Source: Octopus sinensis
Lineage: Eukaryota
Direction: 5' to 3'
Length of the DNA: 64,000 nt
NCBI RefSeq assembly: GCF_006345805.1
Contig: NC_043001.1
Coordinates: 7,254,001 to 7,318,000, forward strand
The position numbers were made by a program, and so were the translations under genes. Within the stretch, counting starts at the first letter, position 1. Every line of letters starts with the position of its first letter. The notes below the pieces were generated by a model. That model ran no database searches, had not been told where the DNA came from, and saw only the letters and a list, made by a program, of their open reading frames with translations. Shown piece after piece: positions 55,894 to 64,000 of the stretch.

Positions 55894-56939
55894 CTATGTT
55901 TGACTTTTGCTTTATATTTGTACAAGTTGGCTCCAAGTCTCACCCAGAGACCTCAAGAGACAACAGGGTTGGAAGTTCATGTTGTTGTTATGCCTAGTGT
56001 GCCATATATTTGGGGGGTGGGGATGTTGTACTAATGAATGTCTAAAAAAAAAAGGTTTTTTTTTTTTTTTTTTAAACCGAAAATTATGTTTGTTTTAAAC
56101 CTTGAGATTACATAGAGAGTATTTTGCGTAGGATATGAGCAGTTCCCATGAGCACTATCTTTTGAACTTCTGCCATTTTTGGGTTTCCTGGTATCTGAGT
56201 TAGGTAGCTATCAGCCCCTTTTGCTATCATTCCCAGGGCACCTATGACAACAGGTATTGTTTTAGTCTTCAGCTTCCACATTTTGCTGATTTCTATTTCA
56301 AGATCTTTATATTTGCTCAGTTTTTGGTAGGTCTTGACAGATACGTTTATATCGATTGGGACAGTCATATCAATGAGGAGGCATGTTCTTTGTTTGAAGT
56401 TTTTCAATATGATGTCTGGCCTATTTGCATCTATCTTCCTGTCAGTTTGAATGGTGAAGTTCCAGAGGAGTGAGATGTGGTCATTTTCAAGCACTGGGGG
56501 TGGTTTGTGTTCCCACCAGTTTTTTTCATGGGGCAAATCCAGGTTTTTACAGATTACCCAGTGAATATATTGTGCAGCTCTATCGTGCCTGTTGAGATAC
56601 TCTGTAGGCGCTAGAAGACTGCACTTGGAGACCACATGGTCAATGGTTTCATTTTGTTGCTTGCATACACGACACGTTGGACTGCTTCTGATCTTTAATA
56701 TGTTGGCCTGGTAGTTTCTTGTTGGTAGGCATTGATCTTGAGCTGCTATGATAAACCCCTCTGTTTCAGATTTTAAGCCAGAGGCCATTAGCCATTGATG
56801 GGTCAGGGCTTTGTCGATATCTGCATTATTCGCTCTCTTTGGGTATTTGCCATAGAGAGGTTTTTCTTGCCATTTATTATTCAGAATATCCAAGGCCGCA
56901 GTTTTGGCACGGGTTTTCATGCGCCTAGCTTTTTCTAGC
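55894..56939 (-). mobile_element. 5'-truncated R4/Dong-clade element, copy 2, open frame to the stop at 56108
   Basis: KLEKARRMK..LYGKY..GFIIAAQDQCLPTRNY..CRVCKQQNETIDHVVSKC..DANRPDII..LIDMTVP..KYKDL..LRKILSM*. Confidence 0.95.
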
Positions 56940-56986
<47 letters not shown>

Positions 56987-57538
56987 GAGTGAGAGAGCAG
57001 TGCATGCCATCAAAGTGACACTGGGGTAAAATATACGAAGCCCAATATACCCATCATGACTACACGTCTGATAAAGGTACACCAGGCACATGCATCACAA
57101 CCATATGTGCGCGACATGGTGATCTCATATCAAGATAAACAGCACATGAACTTGCAGGTGGGGCCCAGTTAGAATTTCCTTCAGGTTGAGTAGCCCATCC
57201 CGCTCAAAAGGTCCCTGAATAAGGGTTGTTTAAGGATGTTGAAAGAACCACCCATGTTTCCAGATGTGAATTATTCAAACCCCAAAGAATCCCTCTCAAC
57301 ACATGGCTATGATGCTCCCCCACTACTTCTGCTCGTGATCAGAGATGCACATATCGTCAGCCACTAAGGGACATGCTCAACTGGTTAAGGCCAAACAACT
57401 GACAAGCAAATCTGTGGTATTGAGCAGAATATTTGCTGTAGCCCATCTTTTATACCAAGACAAAACAATGTACATGATAACACTTCCAATCAGTTAAGAT
57501 CAGAAGCCACGAGTCACTGCCTGGTACTGCATCAGGGC

Positions 57539-57543
<5 letters not shown>
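56987..57543. mobile_element. ~560-bp element, duplicate of variant B
   Basis: matches 54587-55141 at an offset of 2400. Confidence 0.8.
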
Positions 57544-57623
<80 letters not shown>

Positions 57624-57679
57624 GTAGTAGTAGTAGTAGTAGTATAGTAGTAGTAGTAGTAGTGGTAGTAGTAGGAGTA

Positions 57680-57737
<58 letters not shown>

Positions 57738-57790
57738 CAGCAGCAGTAGCACTAGCAACAGCAGCGGCAGCAGCAGCAACAGCAGTAGCT
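57544..57790. repeat. compound trinucleotide tract (TTA)n(GTA)n(GCA)n
   Basis: directly visible. Confidence 0.97.
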
Positions 57791-58122
57791 GTATCGGATT
57801 CACAAAGAAATTGATGAAAGTATGTAATTGAAGGCACCGGTTTTTCAATGTCGTTCGGATATACGAGAAATACATTTTCTTTTTCTAAGAGAAATATTAA
57901 AACCGTTTAGTTCATCTGAATTCTATTTTATCGCCCTTCATATTTAATGACATAATAAAATTTGGCAACAATACCACATTCGCTTGAAACATGAATATAT
58001 ATATTTTACGATAAGGCGTGAGAATCTCTTTAAAATACTATTTTTCTTTAATGGAAGAACTACACTGTCACTTTATATTACCAGAGTTCGATAACAATTA
58101 CATAACTGGGAGACATCATTAC

Positions 58123-58252
58123 CGTGTGACTGAGTTTCGAATTTTCAGATTTCGCTTTTATCCTTTCTATCTCTGTATTGTATTTGGTTAGTCTCCTATA
58201 GCTGAGTTTGTCGTTCACATTGTGCACCCAGTCATACACCAATAGAATGAAT
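58123..58252 (-). CDS. candidate internal coding exon of an unidentified host gene
   Basis: acceptor tttttttttctccatAG and donor ACG|GTAATG; only one of three frames is open: FILLVYDWVHNVNDKLSYRRLTKYNTEIERIKAKSENSKLSHT; not repeat-like. Confidence 0.4.
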
Positions 58253-58344
58253 CTATGGAGAAAAAAAAATTTCGTTCGGTGCTAAATTTCGTCTTGTTCA
58301 GCCCCAGGAATTTGGTAGCTGTGGATCAACAGTAATACTCTTTT

Positions 58345-58850
58345 ACTCTTTTACTCTTTTACTCCTTTAATTGTTTCAGTCATTTGACTGCGGCCATGCG
58401 GGAGCACCGCCTTTAGTCGAGCAAATCGACCCCGGGACTTATTCTTTGTAAGCCTAGTACTTATTCTATCGGTCTCTTTTGCCGAACCGCTAAGTGACGG
58501 GGACGTAAACACACCAGCATCGGTTGTCAAGCAATGCTAGAGGGACAAACACAGACACACAAACACACACACACATACATATATATATACATATATACGA
58601 CAGGCTTCTTTCAGTTTCCGTCTACCATATGTGTGTGTGTGTGTTTGTGTGTCTGTGTTTGTCCCTCTAGCATTGCTTGACAACCGATGCTGGTGTGTGT
58701 TTACGTCCCCGTCACTTAGCGGTTCGGCAAAAGAGACCGATAGAATAAGTACTGGGCTTACAAAGAATAAGTCCCGGGGTCGATTTGCTCGACTAAAGGC
58801 GGTGCTCCCGATTGACCGCAGTCAAATGACTGAAACAAGTAAAATAAAAT
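58345..58850. repeat. inverted pair of family-2 SINE halves forming a near-perfect ~470-bp hairpin
   Basis: 58371-58585 is the near-exact reverse complement of 58630-58838. Confidence 0.92.
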
Positions 58851-58951
58851 ATATATGTATATACATATATAGGTATATCAGTATTCACATTTATATCTCA
58901 ATGTATATTATATATCTATCTAGATCTCCTCTCTCCCTCCATGTGCGTGTG

Positions 58952-59013
<62 letters not shown>

Positions 59014-60556
59014 ATTTTCTCATCATGGAATTATACCCAATACTGATTTTCTCTTGTTTTATTATTATTTTTTTCGGTGGTATTATTCATTAGTCTGTTG
59101 CTGAGAATTTATACCGGTCAACAGGTTACTTTCAACATCTACCTCATCAGAAAAATTGCTTCTTTAATGCATATATTATAGAACGTCTGTGTAAACCTAT
59201 ATGCTACACTGTGGAAGAAAAGATATAAACCCCACGTGTATTTTTTCATATGTTATGATATATCGCATTGTTTGATGGTCACAAACGTTCTTTGGAAATT
59301 ATTCGCAACTGAACTAAGTTCCATGACTCTATCATGGAAAGAGTTGCTTATATGTTCGTGACAAATTTTAAAATTGCATAGTAGACAGAAATGATTCTCA
59401 TATCTACATTAAAGCAATCAATTTGTTATAATATTGTTTACCTGCTATATTTACAGAAATTATTCAGCGTCTTTCACAAAATATAGATTGCTATAATATA
59501 TAATCTGTAGTTATCGAATACTCTGTATTTTAGGCATTATTTAATTTAAATTCGAAATGTTATTTTGTTTACCACATAACAATGACAATGTAAAAGTCCA
59601 ATACCTATTTATATCGCAAAATGTCGTCTTGAAAGTAAAAAACGAAATTTTCGTTCTGCGTTCCACACCATAATTTAAAACGTAAACATTTGGAGAAATT
59701 CCCATTTGTAAACTGAACAAAAGTAATGGGCATAAAGGAAAGAGCAGAGGCTGTTATATATTTAATGATCTGGAACAATACTCAAAGTAACTTAAGTTTT
59801 GACTTGTAATATAAAACTCATAAATAAAAGTGGAAATTACACAAATATGAATCGATAAAAATAATAACAAAAAAGGTTTTGTTTTTACTTCGGAAATGGT
59901 GAATAAACACCATCTGCTTTAAAAAGTTGAGAATCTTCCAGATGCTTCTTTAGTAGTTGCTGCTAATATTTTAAGAACTAGTAATCTTTTAGTACAGCGT
60001 ATTATTTTTTTCCCATTATTTATCTAAAAATAGTATCACATCAAAAAGATAAAAAATATGTCTGAAGTCAATAATGTTTGCAATTATGCCCTTTCCTTAA
60101 GGGTAGTACATTGGTTATTTGTTGAATACTTTTCTTTCTTTTTTTTCAACTAATAACACCTATATTAATAGAGGACAAACATTGCACACGTGACAGATTG
60201 AGAAAAATACAAGGTTGTTGTTTCAAGTTATTTTCAATTGTATAAGTTATGAGTATTTAAGTAAAACGCAGTTTCATTTCTAATTCCTATGATAGATAAA
60301 CTGTGATATGTAAACAAAATTGTCTGGTATGATTTACAGAAGAACAAATAAAGATATTGCTAATCGAATTTTGCTTCCAAAAACCCTGAATAGACTTTAA
60401 TCAATAGAAAAATATACCTGAAATATAAATGCGTCGCAAACATTTATTTTACACGACTTTATCTCATAATATATTCTGCAGTCAGAATTGATATATTTAT
60501 ATTATTCAATTGTTTTGATAAGTGAAAGGGAGGTTTATTCAAAGAATTGTAATATC

Positions 60557-60930
60557 GTGGCGCTCCGTCGGTTATGAGGACGAGGGTTCCAGTTGATCCG
60601 ATCTCCAGAAAGGCCTGCTCGTGAAATTAACGTGCAAGTGGTTGAGCACTCCACAGACACGTGTACCATTGACGTAGATCTCTGGGAGATTCAGCGTGAT
60701 TCAGAGTGTGACAAGGCTGATCTTTTGAAAGAAAGGTACAACAGAAGCAGGAAGAAAGACTGAGACAGAGCGGTGGTGAAAGAGTACAGCAGGGTTCACC
60801 ACCAACCCTGCCGGAGCCTCGCAGAGATTTTGGTGTTTTCGCTCAATAAACTCTCACAACGCCCGGTCTGGGAATCGAAACTGCGATCCTACAACCGCGT
60901 GTCTGCTACCCTCATCACTGTGCCATTGCC
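60557..60930 (-). mobile_element. family-3 tRNA-derived SINE
   Basis: head homologous to the 51287 copy; tail homologous to 35135, 50610 and 61900-62012. Confidence 0.82.
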
Positions 60931-61189
60931 CCTTCACAATTGTGAGATATGTATATCGTATATATATTTTACTTGTTTCAGTTATTAGACACCAACCATT
61001 CTACGACACTGACTTCAGGATTATTTAAACGAATGAAAACACATCAGTACTTCATCTATCTATCTTTTGGCGAACATGCAAGATAGGGGGACGTAAACAG
61101 ACCAACAGTAGTCCTGAAGTGGTGCTGAGAGACAAACGCTGGCACTAAGACACACACATACACACACACACTCGAACACACGCACACAC

Positions 61190-61230
<41 letters not shown>

Positions 61231-61687
61231 TCTCTCTATATATATTGATATACTTAAGTTTATATTCGGGTAGACACCTTGTATGCTCTTTAAAAATGAA
61301 TACATTTAATAGACTTCGCCAAGTCGTACATCCGGAATTTAATTCCTGTGTTACACGGCTGTTCACAGCTACTTTCTAATATATCTTTTTCCTTTTTCTT
61401 TACTGAATAATAATTAGTACAGGTGTATCGAATACGGCTTCTAAACATAGTCATTTTTGTTCAACATTTACTTAGCTTCATATTTCCTTCTTTGCACATG
61501 CGTATGGAATCTATCGATATTGTTTATAATCTCATTTCTTTCAGAATAGTTTGTGAAAATCAGAAATTCCATAACTGTATATTAAATATTTGCGGGGCAA
61601 GATATCACTCTCCCTCCCACTTGCGCAAAATAGTTATTTGCGCTATGGTAGAAACACTATTATTATTTTTAGCTAATCCAGAAACCC

Positions 61688-62012
61688 GTGGCGATTGAAT
61701 GGCCCAGTGGTTAGGGAATCGGACTCGCGGCCGTAGGATAGCTGTTTCGATTCCCAGACCGGGCGTTTTGAGTGCTTATTGAGCGAAAACACCTAAAGCT
61801 CCACGAGGCTCCGGCAGCGACATGTGGCGAACCCTGCTATACTCTTTCACCACACATTTCTCTCATTCTTTATTCCTGTTTCTGTTATACGTGTATTTCA
61901 GGAGCCATGCTTGTCACACTCTTTGTCATGCTGAAACTCCCCGAGAACTACGTTAACGGTATACGTGTCTGTGGAGTGTTCAACCAATTTCACGTTAATT
62001 TCACGAGCAGGC
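61688..62012 (+). mobile_element. family-3 tRNA-derived SINE, 3' end truncated
   Basis: aatggcccagtggttaggg..gtttcgattcccagaccgggcg..cacgttaatttcacgagcagg. Confidence 0.82.
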
Positions 62013-62222
62013 AATGTAATTAATATATGAGAAATAGGCTTACCGTGCCTGGAATATATCGAGTAAGAAATGTATAGTTCAATGTCAACTGGTTTTACAC
62101 CTTGCATGCCCAAACATGCTCTGCGATCTTCCGTTGAAAAATAACATTTTAACATCTATTTCATATAAACTACATTAGCTCGTGTGCGTTCCTTATTTGT
62201 AAGTGGTGATAAACACACACAG

Positions 62223-62261
<39 letters not shown>

Positions 62262-62262
<1 letters not shown>

Positions 62263-62682
62263 GCACAGGAGTGGCTGTGTAATAAGTAGCTTGCTTACTA
62301 GCTATATGGTTCCGGGTTGAGCCCCACTACGTAGTCCCGCCGGCAAATGTCTTCTTCTATATCATCGGCTGACCAAAGCCTTATGAGTGGATTTGCTAGA
62401 CGGAAACTGAAAGACGCCCTTTGTATATATATGTGTGTGTGTGTGTGTGTGTGCGTGTGTGTGTGCGTGTTTCCGTGTTTGTTTTTATCCCCACCATCAC
62501 CTGACAACAGATGCTGGTGTGTTTACATCCCCGTCACTTAGCAGTTCGGCAAGCGAGACCGATAGGATAAGTACTAGGAGTACAAACAATAAGTCCGTGG
62601 GTCGATTTGCTCGACTAAAGTAGGTGCTCCAGCATGGCCACAGTCAAATGACTGAAACGATTAAAAGAAAAAAGAATAAAAG
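62262..62682 (+). mobile_element. family-2 SINE, near full length, with internal (TA/TG)n; further partial copy at 62755-62965
   Basis: ggcacaggagtggctgtgt..ggttccgggttgagccccactacg..gtcgatttgctcgactaaa..tgactgaaac. Confidence 0.85.
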
Positions 62683-63284
62683 GTGTATGTCTGTGTGTTC
62701 TGCGTCTGTGTGTGTGTGTATGTGTGTGTGTGTGTGGATTAGTGTGTGTGTGTCTTATGTCTGTGTTTGTCCCCACCAGCTGACGAACGATGCTGAAATA
62801 ATTACATTATCGTAACCTAGCAGTTCGGCAAGGGGGCCCGACTAGATAGGTAGCAAGCTTTAACACAAAAAGTATTGGAGTAGATAAGTTGAACTAAAAA
62901 TTCTTCACTGGGTTACCACAGCATAACCGCAGTCTAATGACTGAAACATGTAAAAAGTAAAATATATGGATAGCATTTATGCCAGATTATTGACTGTGAT
63001 TCGTAATTTGAATGATATTAGTGTAGAATTTTATATACCAAAATCTGTTTAAGACATTGGCCAACAAGTACAGCTCTCTTTTGTGTCCTGACATTTAACA
63101 TTTCTACCTCAAAATGTATTACAAGTTTAAATCTTTTCTTAATTCTTTCATCATAGTCGAAGTAAAAAACTACGTAGTTCTTATTTAAGTCTTCGGAAAT
63201 TTAGCTGATGTAGAGAATGTGATATAATGGGAAATATCCTTTTGCAATCTAGGCAAAAGCCTCGAAATTAGATCGTCTTCAATA

Positions 63285-63420
63285 CGCAACTGATACTTAA
63301 TTTATCGACCCCGAAAGGCAAAGTCGATCTCGGTTGAATTTGAACTGAGAACTTCAAGACAGACGAAACACAGCTAAGAGTTTCTCCCTGTGTGTCAACG
63401 TTTCTTCCAGCACTTCGCAT
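63285..63420 (-). mobile_element. family-1 SINE fragment
   Basis: acttaatttatcgaccccgaaagg..caaagtcgatctcgg..tttgaact. Confidence 0.7.
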
Positions 63421-63423
63421 TTA

Positions 63424-64000
63424 CGAGGGGCGTTCAATAAGTAATGCCCCTGATCCACGTCCAATAGCAGTAGAACAACAAAACTTGGCACAGTTATTAG
63501 TCTTTTTCTACATAGGAACCACCCAGAGTTACGCATTTCTCCCATTGTTTGATGCAGCTCTGGAGACCGTTTTTGTAGAAGACCACAGCTTGGTCCTCCA
63601 ACCACAACGTGACTTCAGAAATCAAGGCTGCATCATCTGGAAAACGCTTTCGTTTCAAAAACAACTTTATGGCTTGGAAGAGGTTAAAATCAGAGGGTGC
63701 AAGGTCAGGAGAGTAGGGAGATGGGAGAGGAGTTCATGGCCGCATGCCTGTGCTTCTGATCTGGCGACACGCAAGTTGTGGACCGGAACGTTGTCCTGCA
63801 GGAGGAGGATGCCTTTGCTGATCTTGCCCCGCCTCTTGATTTTGATAGCTTCTCTTAATTTTCTTCAAAACTGAAGCATAATAGGCTCCTGTAATTGTGG
63901 TACTCTTTGCCAGGAAATCTGTCATCACTACTCCGTCCTGGTCCCAGAAGACTGTGAGCATGACCTTGCCAGCGGAGAGCTGCACCCTTGCCTTCTTTGG
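63424..64000 (-). mobile_element. mariner transposon 3' part with terminal inverted repeat, cut by the window edge
   Basis: PKKARVQLSAGKVMLTVFWDQDGV..LLLQDNVPVH..YSPDLAPSDFNLF..WEKCVTLGGSYVEKD*; frameshifts; end TA|CGAGGGGCGTTCAATAAGT. Confidence 0.95.

Noticed and set aside
56108-57091. 327-aa ORF as an intact gene
   Set aside because: It is chimeric: the first part comes from the 560-bp element and a poly-Asn (AAT)n run, fused by chance in frame to a 5'-truncated R4/Dong ORF with no RT domain.
57480-57543. HDV-like ribozyme fold at the end of the 560-bp element
   Set aside because: A 6-of-7 P1 helix can be drawn, but P3, L3 and P4 do not fit by eye; it needs a covariance search before any claim.

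Overview
AT-rich eukaryotic DNA dominated by repeats, with dense (TA)n, (TG)n, (TAGA)n and (TAA)n microsatellites. The SINE families and overall texture point to an octopus genome; this is recognition from memory, not a database result. There is no complete host gene, rRNA, true tRNA or CRISPR array. Most long ORFs in the track are translated microsatellites. Real coding remnants all come from mobile elements: RTE LINEs, CR1/L2-type LINE 3' ends, R4/Dong-type elements in (TAA)n tracts, Tc1/mariner transposases and two Penelope-like element (PLE) fragments. Non-coding elements include non-autonomous Helitrons, MITEs and four SINE families. One 130-nt minus-strand exon candidate (58123-58252) suggests the window may be intronic. 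The most notable unexplained structure is a set of minimal hammerhead ribozymes in short fold-back elements. One has a complete core inside a 257-bp element bounded by perfect 34-bp inverted repeats (30833-31089). Others lie in a head-to-head element centred on a (TAA)n tract that occurs twice (about 32.2-32.6 kb and 48.1-48.6 kb). Hammerheads in PLE termini are a known class, so any novelty would be at the family or architecture level. Six local tandem duplications may be partly assembly artefacts.
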